Shown here in pieces: positions 46,913 to 56,934 of a stretch of DNA of 64,000 nucleotides. The stretch is from contig JAIOQZ010000032.1 of NCBI GenBank assembly GCA_021108395.1, positions 202,434 to 266,433 of the forward strand, given 5' to 3'. The notes under the pieces are model-generated. The model saw only the letters and a list, made by a program, of their open reading frames with translations, made no database searches and was not told the DNA's origin. This DNA comes from Candidatus Cloacimonadota bacterium (lineage in GTDB: Bacteria > Cloacimonadota > Cloacimonadia > Cloacimonadales > JAIOQZ01). Both the position numbers and the translations under genes were made by a program. Position 1 is the stretch's first letter. Each line of letters opens with the position of its first letter.

Positions 46913-46998
46913 TGCAAGTAATATGATGCGTAGTGTTTAAGACACTCATACATAGCTTTTCTATAAGTTAACGCATCGGTTATCATCGGAGGACTCTT

Positions 46999-49554
46999 AT
47001 GATACACGACAGATCGCGGATTGAGACCGTCGAAATCGAGGACGTACTCAAGAAGGCGTACCTGGAATATTCTATGAGCGTCATCGTGTCGAGGGCACTT
47101 CCCGACGCACGCGACGGCCTCAAGCCATCCCAGCGGCGCATCCTGTACGCCATGCACGAGCTAAACCTGCAACCCGGCAAAGGCTTCCGCAAATGCGCCA
47201 AGATTGCCGGCGACACCTCGGGTAACTATCACCCGCACGGCGAGCAGGTCATCTATCCCACGCTGGTGCGCATGGCGCAGCCGTGGAGCCTGCGCAACAT
47301 GCTCATCCAGGGCCAGGGCAACTTCGGCTCGCAGGACGGCGACCCGCCGGCGGCCATGCGTTACACCGAGGCTCGCCTACAGGCCGCGGCCGTCGAGCTT
47401 ATGGCCGACCTCGACAAAGACACCGTTGACTTCCGTTCCAACTACGACGACACCCGCAAAGAGCCGGTCGTATTTCCTTCCAGGTTCCCCAACCTGCTGG
47501 TCAACGGCAGTTCGGGCATCGCCGTTGGTATGGCCACCAATATGCCGCCGCACAACTGCGGCGAGATTTGCGACGCCATCACAGCGCTCATCGACAACCC
47601 CGAACTCGAGCCGCTGGATCTGCTCGAATACGTGAAAGGCCCCGACTTTCCCACCGGCGGCTACATCATCGGCAGCAAGGGCATCCGCGACTACTTTCTC
47701 ACCGGTCACGGCCGCATCATCATGCGTGGCAAGGCCGTCGTCGAGACCAAGAACAACGGCACCGAACTGATCGTCATCAGTGAAATTCCATATCAACTGA
47801 ACAAGACGCTGCTCATCAACCGCATCGTGAACCAGGTGAAAGAGCGCCGCATCGAAGGCATCTCCGACATCCGCGACGAGTCTGGCCGCCAGGGCATGCG
47901 CCTTGTCATCACCGTCAAGCGCAACTACGAGGCCGGCGCAGTTCTCAACAAGCTCTATAAATACTCGCAGCTCCAGGATTCCTTCAGCGTAAACAACCGT
48001 GCGCTGCTGCATGGCGAACCCAAGGTTGTCGGCCTCAAGGAGCTGATACAGTATTACATCGACTTCCGCCACGAGGTGGTGGTGCGTCGCACGAAGTTCG
48101 AGCTTGACGCAGCCGAGAAGCGGCTGCACATCCTCGAGGGTTATCGTATCGCGCTGGACAACATAGACGCTATCATCGCCACCATACGCGCCAGCAAGAC
48201 CACTCAGGAAGCCAACGAGAACTTGCAGAAGGCGTTCAAGCTGTCCGAGATACAGGCAAAGGCTATCCTCGAAATGCGTCTGCAAAAGCTTACCGGCCTC
48301 GAACGCGAGAAGGTCGAAGAGGAATATCGCAGCATCGTGAAGACGGTCGATCACCTGCGCAAGATACTGTCCGACGTGGGCATGCGCATGGGCATCATCA
48401 AGAGTGAAACGGACGGGATTCGCAGTAAATACGCCGACATGCGTCGCACAGTCATCCTCGAAGGCTCCGCCGACATCGAGACCGAAGACATGATTGCCGA
48501 CGAAGATATGGTCGTCACCATCAGCCACCAGGGCTACATCAAGCGTCTGCCGGTGGATACATACCGCAAGCAGGGTCGTGGCGGCAAGGGCCTGGCCGGC
48601 GGCAACCTCAAGGACGAGGACTTCGTCGAGAGTATCTTTGTGGCCAGCACCCACGCTTACATACTGTTCTTCACCGATTTTGGCAAGTGCTACTGGCTCA
48701 AGGTGCACCGCATTCCACGCCTGGGGCGCCTGGCGCGTGGCAAGGCTGTGGTGAACCTGCTGCAGCTCGAGCAGAGTGAGCGCGTCGAGGCGTTCGTGAC
48801 CGTACGCGACTTCGAGCAGCCGCACTTCATCACCATGGTGACCAGGAACGGCATCGTGAAGAAGAGTGCCCTGAACGCATTTGCGCGCCCCCGTAGCACC
48901 GGCATCATCGCCATCAGGCTCATCGACGGCGATCAGCTCATTGACGCCCAGATTACCGATGGCGGCAACGACATCATCCTGGCCACCCGCGACGGCTTCG
49001 CCAACCGCTTCGCCGAGTCCGATGTGCGCTCGGTGGGCCGTGCTTCGCAGGGCGTTCGCGGCATCCGACTGCGCGAGACTGACCGTGTTGTGGCGATGGT
49101 TGTGGTGCGCCGCGAGGGCACGCTGCTGTCCATCAGCGAGAACGGCTTTGGCAAGCGAACTCTCATCAGCAGCTACAAAAATACGCATCGCGGCTCGAAG
49201 GGCGTCATCACCCTGAAAACCACCGATCGCAACGGCCACCTGGTGTGCCTGCTCGAGGTGGTGGACAACGACGACCTCATCATCGTCAGCCGCGGGGGCA
49301 TGATCATTCGCCAGGCAGTCGAGAAAATATCCGTCATCGGGCGCAACACCCAGGGAGTGAAGCTCATCGAGCTGCGTGCTAACGACAAGGTTTACGACGT
49401 CACGCGAATCGCTTCGGAAGAAGAAGATGACGACGACGAAGAATCAATTGACGAAACCGCCGCGACAGTGGATGCTGACGGAGAATCTTCCGGCAAGGAC
49501 GGTGGCGCCGATGAAACGACAATGCCCGACACAGATGTCGAGGACCAAGAGTAG
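46999..49554 (+). CDS. gyrA: DNA gyrase subunit A (with an acidic C-terminal tail)
   Basis: [54 protein letters not shown], and beta-pinwheel repeats. C-terminus EEEDDDDEE... Confidence 0.97.
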   Translation: MIHDRSRIETVEIEDVLKKAYLEYSMSVIVSRALPDARDGLKPSQRRILYAMHELNLQPGKGFRKCAKIAGDTSGNYHPHGEQVIYPTLVRMAQPWSLRNMLIQGQGNFGSQDGDPPAAMRYTEARLQAAAVELMADLDKDTVDFRSNYDDTRKEPVVFPSRFPNLLVNGSSGIAVGMATNMPPHNCGEICDAITALIDNPELEPLDLLEYVKGPDFPTGGYIIGSKGIRDYFLTGHGRIIMRGKAVVETKNNGTELIVISEIPYQLNKTLLINRIVNQVKERRIEGISDIRDESGRQGMRLVITVKRNYEAGAVLNKLYKYSQLQDSFSVNNRALLHGEPKVVGLKELIQYYIDFRHEVVVRRTKFELDAAEKRLHILEGYRIALDNIDAIIATIRASKTTQEANENLQKAFKLSEIQAKAILEMRLQKLTGLEREKVEEEYRSIVKTVDHLRKILSDVGMRMGIIKSETDGIRSKYADMRRTVILEGSADIETEDMIADEDMVVTISHQGYIKRLPVDTYRKQGRGGKGLAGGNLKDEDFVESIFVASTHAYILFFTDFGKCYWLKVHRIPRLGRLARGKAVVNLLQLEQSERVEAFVTVRDFEQPHFITMVTRNGIVKKSALNAFARPRSTGIIAIRLIDGDQLIDAQITDGGNDIILATRDGFANRFAESDVRSVGRASQGVRGIRLRETDRVVAMVVVRREGTLLSISENGFGKRTLISSYKNTHRGSKGVITLKTTDRNGHLVCLLEVVDNDDLIIVSRGGMIIRQAVEKISVIGRNTQGVKLIELRANDKVYDVTRIASEEEDDDDEESIDETAATVDADGESSGKDGGADETTMPDTDVEDQE

Positions 49555-50167
49555 CGCGGTCTCGAATAACGCCCCCTGGCGAGGCGGCAGGCGCATTCTG
49601 GTCTCTGTGCTGGCTACGCTGGCGCTGTTCCTACTGGCTGGTTGCATGGCGCGCTATCTGCCTGTGCCCGAGCCGGGCATCGAAGTGGACGACGACCACG
49701 CGGTGTTCACCGTCGATGGCTTGCGGGTGATTGTGAGCAAGCGTTCCTGGCTGCGCGAGCCAGACAACCTCAACGACTACTTTACCACCTTCTATGTGCA
49801 GGTGCGCAATATGTCCGCTCAGGACACCTGGCGCATTCTGCCCGGCGAGTTCAGCATGCTCGACGAGTTTTCCAGCCAGTTCGACGCCGTGTCGCCGCTG
49901 GATGTTGTCGGGCTGCTGCTTGACCGCGACCCCTATGCCCACTACGTCGGCGACCTGAACCAGTCGCTGGTAGAGCGGGACGCGCTGGTGCGCAAGCAGA
50001 CAGAGGGCAGAGCGAACATGCAGGCCTACGCCTTTTCTTTCGGAGACATCCTGCCCGGCGCTACCAAGTCGGGATACATCTTCTTCAACCGCTTGCCCTC
50101 GAGCAACCAGTCGGCCACCCTCGTTTTTCGCGGACGCCGTGTGCGTTTCGTGCGCTCGAAAGACTGA
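49535..50167 (+). CDS. Hypothetical lipoprotein
   Basis: ILVSVLATLALFLLAGC lipobox. The start is uncertain (ATG 49511 or 49535); both overlap the gyrA 3' end in another frame. Confidence 0.6.
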   Translation: MSRTKSSAVSNNAPWRGGRRILVSVLATLALFLLAGCMARYLPVPEPGIEVDDDHAVFTVDGLRVIVSKRSWLREPDNLNDYFTTFYVQVRNMSAQDTWRILPGEFSMLDEFSSQFDAVSPLDVVGLLLDRDPYAHYVGDLNQSLVERDALVRKQTEGRANMQAYAFSFGDILPGATKSGYIFFNRLPSSNQSATLVFRGRRVRFVRSKD

Positions 50168-50178
50168 CAGGACGGACT

Positions 50179-51714
50179 ATGCAGCATCAACAGTGCCTCA
50201 TCATCGATTTCGGTTCGCAATACACCCAGCTTATCGCCAAGACGGTGCGTCGCCTGAACATCTTCAGCGAGATTGTGCCCTGCACCATCACCTGGGAGGA
50301 GTTCCAGCAGCGCAACCCCAGGGCGGTCATCCTGTCGGGCAGCCCCTGGTCCATCACCCGTCCCGACGCTCCTGTGCTCGATCCGCGCATCCTTGCAGCC
50401 GAGATGCCGATGTTAGGCATCTGTTACGGTATGCAGTTGCTTGTCCAAGCCGGTGGGGGCAAGGTGATTGCCGCCAAGAAAAAGGAATACGGGCGGGCGC
50501 GCATACACATAGAAGACCGCGACTCCATCTTTCGCGGCCTCGATTCTGAGGAAGAGGTGTGGATGAGCCACGGAGACGCGGTGCAGACATTGCCGGAGGG
50601 ATTCCGGCGCATTGCGCGTTCCGACAACAGCCCCTTCGCCGCCATTATGCACGAGAGCCGTCCGGTGTGGGCGCTACAGTTTCACCCGGAGGTGGCCAAC
50701 ACGCCACATGGCGCCATCATGATCGAAAACTTCTGCGACATCGCCGGTTTCTCGCTTGACTGGACGCCAACGTCCTTCATCGAATCGACAGTGGCTGACA
50801 TCCGCGCTCAGGTGGGCGAAGACCGCGTCATTCTCGGCCTCTCCGGCGGGGTGGACAGCTCGGTGGTGGCCGCTCTGCTGCACAAGGCAGTCGGCGAGCA
50901 GCTCGTGCCCATCCTGGTCGATACCGGCCTGCTGCGGCAGGACGAAGCCGGCCAGGTGCGCGAGGCGTTTCAGCAGGCATTCGGGATGGAGCTCATCGTC
51001 ATCGACGCCGCCAGCACATTTTTCGAGCGTCTGGCGGGCGTTGCCGACCCTGAGTATAAACGCAAGATTATCGGCAAAACCTTCATCGAGATTTTCGAGG
51101 CGGAGGCGGCGAGGTATCCCGATGCCCGCTTCCTCGCCCAAGGCACGCTCTACCCCGACATTATCGAGAGCGTGAGCTTCAAGGGGCCATCGGCCACCAT
51201 CAAGAGCCACCACAACGTGGGCGGCCTGCCGGAGCAGATGAACCTCGAGCTGGTCGAGCCACTGCGCGAACTGTTCAAGGACGAGGTGCGCGAGGTGGGG
51301 CGCAAGCTGGGACTGCCCGGCTTGCTGGTCAATCGGCATCCATTCCCTGGCCCTGGACTGGCCATTCGCATCATCAGCGATGTTACCAGAGAGAAGGCGG
51401 AGTTGCTGCAGCGCATCGACGTCATCTTCATCGACGAGCTGCATGAGGCAGGACTGTACGACAGCACCTGGCAGGCCTTTGCAGTGCTGCTGCCCATCCA
51501 GTCGGTCGGGGTGATGGGCGATGAACGCACCTATGAGAACGTGTGCGCCCTGCGCGCCGTGTGCAGCACCGATGGCATGACTGCCGACTGGACAGAGTTT
51601 CCGCACTGGTTCCTCAAGCGGGTGTCCAATCGCATCATCAACGAGGTGCGCGGGGTCAACCGGGTGGTCTATGACATCTCGTCCAAGCCGCCGGCCACCA
51701 TCGAATGGGAGTGA
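50179..51714 (+). CDS. guaA: GMP synthase (glutamine-hydrolysing)
   Basis: GATase GICYGMQ, HPE. ATP-PPase LGLSGGVDSSV. C-terminus VVYDISSKPPATIEWE. Confidence 0.97.
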   Translation: MQHQQCLIIDFGSQYTQLIAKTVRRLNIFSEIVPCTITWEEFQQRNPRAVILSGSPWSITRPDAPVLDPRILAAEMPMLGICYGMQLLVQAGGGKVIAAKKKEYGRARIHIEDRDSIFRGLDSEEEVWMSHGDAVQTLPEGFRRIARSDNSPFAAIMHESRPVWALQFHPEVANTPHGAIMIENFCDIAGFSLDWTPTSFIESTVADIRAQVGEDRVILGLSGGVDSSVVAALLHKAVGEQLVPILVDTGLLRQDEAGQVREAFQQAFGMELIVIDAASTFFERLAGVADPEYKRKIIGKTFIEIFEAEAARYPDARFLAQGTLYPDIIESVSFKGPSATIKSHHNVGGLPEQMNLELVEPLRELFKDEVREVGRKLGLPGLLVNRHPFPGPGLAIRIISDVTREKAELLQRIDVIFIDELHEAGLYDSTWQAFAVLLPIQSVGVMGDERTYENVCALRAVCSTDGMTADWTEFPHWFLKRVSNRIINEVRGVNRVVYDISSKPPATIEWE

Positions 51715-51716
51715 CC

Positions 51717-54554
51717 ATGCGCCGCTTGCTCGCTCTTGCGCTGTTGCTGGTTCTCGCTGCGTTTCTGTGCGCCCAGCCAGTTGCCCGCGTGGGTGAACAC
51801 GACATCACCCTCAGCGAGCTCGAAGAGCAGATGGACGTGCTCTACGACAACTCCGAGGAGCCTTACGCCTACGATCAATTGCGCGAGGCGGCGCTACAGA
51901 AGCTCATCGACGAATCTTTGCTGATGCGCTATGCAAATGAAGCGGGCATCATGGTTTCTGCCGGCGAGGTGGACAGCTATTTCATCAATCTTTACGGCAG
52001 CCATGAACGGCTGATGACCAATGGCCGCTTCGACCGGACAAAGTATTACCAGCTCAAGCGAACGCCGGAAATCCAGGCGATTCTCGTCGATTTGCGGCGT
52101 GAACTTCTCGTCGGCAAGACGCGCTCGATACTCGAGACCCAGTTCCGCATCGGCGACGAAGCCCTGCTCGAACAATACGTCCTGGATAATTTCCGTTTCG
52201 ATATCGGCTATGTGATTATCAACGAGAATCTGGCCGACGTGCCCCCAGAACTGCGCCCGCAAGACGCCTATGACTGGTGGCTACAGCGTCAGGACAGTTA
52301 CCAGTCGCCGCGGCGCGTGAGCCTCGAACTTCTCATCGTCGCCGATGAGGAAATGACGGATCGCGTGTCGGTGAGTGACGCCGCTCTGTTGCAGGCGCAC
52401 ATCAATCTTGGCCTGACGCGCCCGTTTGAAGAGGTGAAGGACAGCCTGGCAGTAATCATGCGACACGATAACCTTCGCGCTCTGGCACAGCGCGAAGCCA
52501 AGACGTTGCGAAGCCACTTGCAGCGCGGCGACGAAGTGAACCACGCACTGCTGCAAACCCGCCTGCTAACCTGGGAAGACTCGATCGGGCAACTGCCGCA
52601 ATCCCGCCGCATGCTCGAACGCGCCTTCGATATGCGCCCGCACCGCTGGTCAGAGCTGTTCGACCTCGGCTGGGGCTGGGCCGCGTTTCAGGTGACGGCA
52701 ATCAAGCAGACCGCGCCCGCAGGCCTGAACGAGACAGGGCACAAGGTGTGGCGCGACTACATCGACTGGCAGGCCATCAACCCGGAGGACGACACCTACC
52801 GCGACTATTTCTACACTCATATCGATTCGTTTATCGTTGCCGCCGCCGGTATCACCAGAGTCATCATCAATTCCGACTCGCTCGATGTGGGCAATGTCAT
52901 TGGCGAGGGTGCCATGCGGCAGTATTACAATGACAATATCGAACGCTTCACGCGGCGCACCGGCGTGTTGCCATTCGAGGACGCTGCCCCCGAGGTACGC
53001 CTGGCGCTTCTGGCTCTCGAACAGCACCGTCTGGCCACCGAACTGCGTCAGAACGTGCGCGGGGCGCTCTATCGTCCCGGCGAGCTTGTTCGCCTGGCAG
53101 ACACCTACAATCTCGATGTCAGCCGACGTGTGGTTCTGCTGGACCGCTTCGAGAACGCATCGGAAGTGGACGACCAGATTTCCTACAACATTGACATAGA
53201 CTCCGCCGAAAACACCGGCGAACTGGTGCATGGCAACTCTTTCGTGCTCTGGCGCATCAACTCGATATTCCTCAACTACATCCCCGATTTCGACGTAGTG
53301 CGCAACCAGGTGTATCGCCTGGCCGGTGGTGGCGCTCAGGATGAGCTGGACATCGATTACGAGGCTTACTTTCAGCAGAACAGTTCCAGCTTTCAGACTC
53401 CCGACAGCCTGGCTCTGGCCGGGGTGGCCGTTCCGGTGGTCGCCGACACGATTCAGGTGAACGAGTGGGAAATATCGGGCTACTACGACGCTCACGAGGC
53501 CGAGTTCTATACATCGCCGCGTGTGCGTGCCGACTTCCTTTACTATGAAGACCCCGACGGCCTGCACCGCGATTATGTGCTCGGCCTGCGCGAGCAGGTG
53601 GAGAGCGGCATGTCGCTCTCATTCCTGCAACGGGTGTTTGGCTCACGATGCGGCCTCTCCAACAACGCGCCGGTTTCGTTGGCCGACCTGCCGACGCCGG
53701 TGAAGAGCGTTCTCAACCGTTTGCCCGCCGGCGAGCTATCCCCGCCGGTGTTTCATGGGCGCGGCTGGTACATTGTTCGCAAGCTTGCCGATTACCCGTC
53801 GCATCTACAGCCGCTGGAAGAAGTGCGCGACCGCATTCGTCATAAACTGGCGGCAGCCACCGCACAACGCAATGCCTATGCGATTGCCCGCAGGGTCTTC
53901 GAGCAGGCTGCCGGCTATCGCGAGTGCGCCGCGTATGCCGATAGCGCCTTGCTGTTCGAGACGGAGCTGGCGCCTGTGAGCGACAACTATCCGCCTCTTG
54001 GCAATATTTTATCCTTCAAAAGCCAGCTTATGCAGCTTCGGGCAGGCGAGAAATATTCATCCATCGTGCGCACCGACAGTCTCGTCGCCGTCATATTTCT
54101 GCGCCAGAAAGCCCATGCTCACCCCGTCACATACGAGGAAGCCTTGCCGCGCCTGAAACAGGCCTACGCCGAAGAGAACCGTCAGCGGCGCATCAAGGCC
54201 TATCTGAATCGCGTCATAGGCTGGCTGCGCGAGGGTGAAGACCCCGCCCGCGTCATGCCGTTCTTTGGTCGCTGGCGCCAGATGCAAAACCTCACCCTCG
54301 ACAGCGATCTGCCCGGCGTCGAATTCTCGAGCCTCATCCTTGCAGAAATCCCCGACCGCCGCACCGGCGAATTCAGTCCGCCGCTACGCATCTCAGAAGA
54401 TGAATACCTGTTCTACCGAGTCGGGCGGGTGCAGCATGTTCACAAAGAAGAGTTCGAGCGCAACAGGGAAGCGTATCGTCGCAAACTGCAGCGAAACGCC
54501 TTCAATCGCTGGCTACTGGATTACCGCACCCAGGTCGGAGTCGAAATCTTCTGA
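51717..54554 (+). CDS. Large PpiD/SurA-like periplasmic chaperone with a parvulin-type PPIase domain
   Basis: Signal peptide MRRLLALALLLVLAAFLCA. SurA-N-like start VGEHDITLSELEEQ. Parvulin-like GELSPPVFHGRGWYIVRKL. Confidence 0.7.
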   Translation: MRRLLALALLLVLAAFLCAQPVARVGEHDITLSELEEQMDVLYDNSEEPYAYDQLREAALQKLIDESLLMRYANEAGIMVSAGEVDSYFINLYGSHERLMTNGRFDRTKYYQLKRTPEIQAILVDLRRELLVGKTRSILETQFRIGDEALLEQYVLDNFRFDIGYVIINENLADVPPELRPQDAYDWWLQRQDSYQSPRRVSLELLIVADEEMTDRVSVSDAALLQAHINLGLTRPFEEVKDSLAVIMRHDNLRALAQREAKTLRSHLQRGDEVNHALLQTRLLTWEDSIGQLPQSRRMLERAFDMRPHRWSELFDLGWGWAAFQVTAIKQTAPAGLNETGHKVWRDYIDWQAINPEDDTYRDYFYTHIDSFIVAAAGITRVIINSDSLDVGNVIGEGAMRQYYNDNIERFTRRTGVLPFEDAAPEVRLALLALEQHRLATELRQNVRGALYRPGELVRLADTYNLDVSRRVVLLDRFENASEVDDQISYNIDIDSAENTGELVHGNSFVLWRINSIFLNYIPDFDVVRNQVYRLAGGGAQDELDIDYEAYFQQNSSSFQTPDSLALAGVAVPVVADTIQVNEWEISGYYDAHEAEFYTSPRVRADFLYYEDPDGLHRDYVLGLREQVESGMSLSFLQRVFGSRCGLSNNAPVSLADLPTPVKSVLNRLPAGELSPPVFHGRGWYIVRKLADYPSHLQPLEEVRDRIRHKLAAATAQRNAYAIARRVFEQAAGYRECAAYADSALLFETELAPVSDNYPPLGNILSFKSQLMQLRAGEKYSSIVRTDSLVAVIFLRQKAHAHPVTYEEALPRLKQAYAEENRQRRIKAYLNRVIGWLREGEDPARVMPFFGRWRQMQNLTLDSDLPGVEFSSLILAEIPDRRTGEFSPPLRISEDEYLFYRVGRVQHVHKEEFERNREAYRRKLQRNAFNRWLLDYRTQVGVEIF

Positions 54555-54656
54555 TGCCGCGCCGAGCACCATGAGCAGCAAGCTTTTCACAATTTGTCTT
54601 GACACGCTGTCAGAGGTTTTCTTTGTTGCTATTGTCACAGTTGAAGTAAGCAGTGA

Positions 54657-54732
54657 GGCGGGATAGCTCAGTTGGTAGAGCAGTGGACTGAAAATCCATG
54701 TGTCCCCAGTTCAAGTCTGGGTCCTGCCACCA
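54657..54732 (+). tRNA. tRNA-Phe (GAA)
   Basis: GGCGGGATAGCTCAGTTGGTAGAGCAGTGGACTGAAAATCCATGTGTCCCCAGTTCAAGTCTGGGTCCTGCCACCA. Anticodon loop CTGAAAA, encoded CCA. Confidence 0.95.
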
Positions 54733-54737
54733 TTTTC

Positions 54738-54763
54738 AGCGCTCCGGTGGGGCGCTATTTTTT
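54738..54763 (+). terminator. Intrinsic terminator after tRNA-Phe
   Basis: agcgctcc ggt ggggcgct followed by attttttg. Confidence 0.75.
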
Positions 54764-54782
54764 GTTCATCACGGAATACCGG

Positions 54783-54820
54783 TGTCCCCTGTTTAATCTG
54801 TAACCCATGTGATCGGTTTG
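54783..54820 (+). repeat. S-module repeat, copy S2 (51 nt downstream of tRNA-Phe)
   Basis: tgtcccctgtttaatctgtaacccatgtgatcggtttg is 34/38 identical to 7509-7546, in the same orientation. Confidence 0.85.
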
Positions 54821-54941
54821 ACAGCCTGAGCATCTGCTGAGACCCGCAGTACGTCAGTTTGCGCCGGGGCAAAAGATTTTTCGAGTGACATGCTCTGACA
54901 ATTGATTACTTTTTTTATCAAATACTCTCTATCGAGATACC

Positions 54942-56930
54942 ATGACAGCAAAACAGATAATCGAAAAACTCGAAGCCATTTCGTTGCGCACCGTCGATAT
55001 CGACGAGCTGAATGACACAGAATGGCAAGCATTCCGCACAGAGATGAGCGAGATGCTGCGGATTCTTGGAGCCGCCAGGAAACCGGTTGTTCAGAAGGCG
55101 CGTAAGGAACTGGCGAAAGCGTTCATGCAGCTCAAGCATGACGATTACGATACTTACGAGCCATTCTCATTGCAGCTTGACGCCATGCAGCAGGCCCTGC
55201 TAAAAGCCAAAAGGGCGCCTGTCGCCGTCAGTCAGAGTGACCAGGATACCGACGACGACATCTTTCGCGACTATCTGGCCGAGATGAGCGAGTTTGTCGA
55301 GCAGCTCGAAGAGGCGGTGCTCGATCTCGAAGCTTCTCCCGACAACCCCGAAAGCATCCACCGCGTGTTTCGCCTGTTCCACACCGTCAAGGGCACCTCG
55401 GGTGTGATGAATCACATGCGATTGAGCAAGCTGGCGCATCAGACGGAGAACCTGCTCGACTATGTACGCGACGGCGAGCTGAAACTCATGGGCGAACACA
55501 TCGATATCTTTCTCGCCTCGCTCGATCAGATTCGCATCATTCTTGGCGGACTGAGCATGAGCCAGCGCGAGGAGCACATCGAGGAAGACGCCTATCAAAC
55601 GCAGATGGAGCGCCTCGAAGACGTTCTGAGTGACATCGCACAGCCTGCGGCTGCTGAACAGCCTGTGGCTGCTGCACAGCCTGTGGCTGCTGAACAGCCT
55701 GTGGCTGCTGAACAGCCTGTGGCTGCTGCCGAGGTAGTTGAACAGCCAGTGGCTGCCTCTGGCCGCCGAGAAGGTTCTATTCGCATCGACACAATGAAGC
55801 TGGATTCTTTGATCGATCTGGTTGGCGAGCTGGTCATCAGCGCCAACCTGGTGCGTGAGGACAAGCTTGTGCGCCACAGCGGCAATCTTGAACTGCGCAG
55901 GAAGGTGGGACAGCTTTCGGCAGTCGTCGGTGACTTGCAGCGTAGATCGATGGGCATGCGTATGATTCCGATTGGCAGTACATTGCAAAAGATGAAGCGC
56001 GTGGTGCGCGACATCGACAGCAACTCGAACAAATCAATCGACCTGAAGATAGTGGGGCAGGAGACCGAAATAGACCGCCATATCGTTGACAAGCTCTATG
56101 AGCCGCTGGTGCACCTTGTGCGCAACGCCTGCGATCATGGACTCGAACAAACACCCGAGCGCAGGAAAAAGGGCAAAGCGGAAATGGGCACAATCACCCT
56201 TACCGCCTCGCATCTGGGCAACAACATCGTCATCGACATCACCGATGACGGGCGCGGCCTCGACCCTGCCGCCATTTGCAGGAAAGCCATCGAGCGCGGA
56301 CTGCTGCGCGAGGGCGAACAGCTCGACAGCAAAGACGCCTGGCGGCTAATCCTGTTGCCTGGCTTCACTACGGTCGAGGAGGTGACCGACATCTCGGGAC
56401 GCGGTGTTGGCATGGATGTCGTCAATCGCGCTGTGAGCAAGCTTGGTGGCCACATTGAAGCGTTCTCGGAGTTGGGGACAGGCACTACGTTTCGGGTGTC
56501 GCTGCCGCTCACGCTGTCCATTATCGAGGGTATGCAGGTGCGTGTGGCTGGTGAGTTATTCATCATTCCGGTGGTGAACGTACGCCGAATCATTCATGCC
56601 GGCAATGATGCGCTCAGCCATGTGTTCGGTTCCGGCGAACTGGTGAAGGACGGCGAGCAGCTTATTCCCCTGACACGGCTGTATGAGGTGTTCAATCTCG
56701 ACAATGCCTGCACCGAGTTTGACAAGACGGTTCTGGTCATCGTATCGGGGATGCGGCGCACTTTCGCGCTCATGGTCGATGAACTGATTGGCATACAGGA
56801 TGTGGTCGTCAAGAGTCTGGGCCCCAAATTCCGCAAGCTGCGCGGGGTTTCCGGTTCCACTATTCTCGGCGATGGCAGTGTCGGCCTCATTCTCGATATC
56901 AATAGCCTGCTCCCCGAAGACCTCACATAG
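54942..56930 (+). CDS. cheA: Chemotaxis histidine kinase CheA (no P2 domain; repeat linker)
   Basis: HPt FRLFHTVKGTSG, dimerisation region, HATPase HLVRNACDHG..DDGRGLD..GRGVGMDVV..GTGTTFRV, and a CheW-like C-terminus. Confidence 0.9.
   Translation: MTAKQIIEKLEAISLRTVDIDELNDTEWQAFRTEMSEMLRILGAARKPVVQKARKELAKAFMQLKHDDYDTYEPFSLQLDAMQQALLKAKRAPVAVSQSDQDTDDDIFRDYLAEMSEFVEQLEEAVLDLEASPDNPESIHRVFRLFHTVKGTSGVMNHMRLSKLAHQTENLLDYVRDGELKLMGEHIDIFLASLDQIRIILGGLSMSQREEHIEEDAYQTQMERLEDVLSDIAQPAAAEQPVAAAQPVAAEQPVAAEQPVAAAEVVEQPVAASGRREGSIRIDTMKLDSLIDLVGELVISANLVREDKLVRHSGNLELRRKVGQLSAVVGDLQRRSMGMRMIPIGSTLQKMKRVVRDIDSNSNKSIDLKIVGQETEIDRHIVDKLYEPLVHLVRNACDHGLEQTPERRKKGKAEMGTITLTASHLGNNIVIDITDDGRGLDPAAICRKAIERGLLREGEQLDSKDAWRLILLPGFTTVEEVTDISGRGVGMDVVNRAVSKLGGHIEAFSELGTGTTFRVSLPLTLSIIEGMQVRVAGELFIIPVVNVRRIIHAGNDALSHVFGSGELVKDGEQLIPLTRLYEVFNLDNACTEFDKTVLVIVSGMRRTFALMVDELIGIQDVVVKSLGPKFRKLRGVSGSTILGDGSVGLILDINSLLPEDLT
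55641..55757 (+). repeat. In-frame 18-bp tandem repeat (about 5.5 units) encoding (E/A)QPVAA in the CheA linker
   Basis: cagcctg(c/t)ggctgctg(aa/ca/cc) is repeated head to tail. It translates to QPAAAEQPVAAAQPVAAEQPVAAEQPVAAAEVVEQPVAA. Confidence 0.9.
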
Positions 56931-56934
56931 AAAT

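Noticed and set aside
54793-55032. 79-aa minus-strand ORF overlapping the cheA start
   Set aside because: It is antisense to cheA, its C-terminus is the translation of the S-module repeat, and it has no SD.
55641-55757. Tandem 18-bp repeats considered as a possible CRISPR-like or regulatory array
   Set aside because: The units are contiguous with no spacers, in frame, and lie inside the CheA linker, encoding an Ala/Pro/Gln repeat. They are not a CRISPR array.
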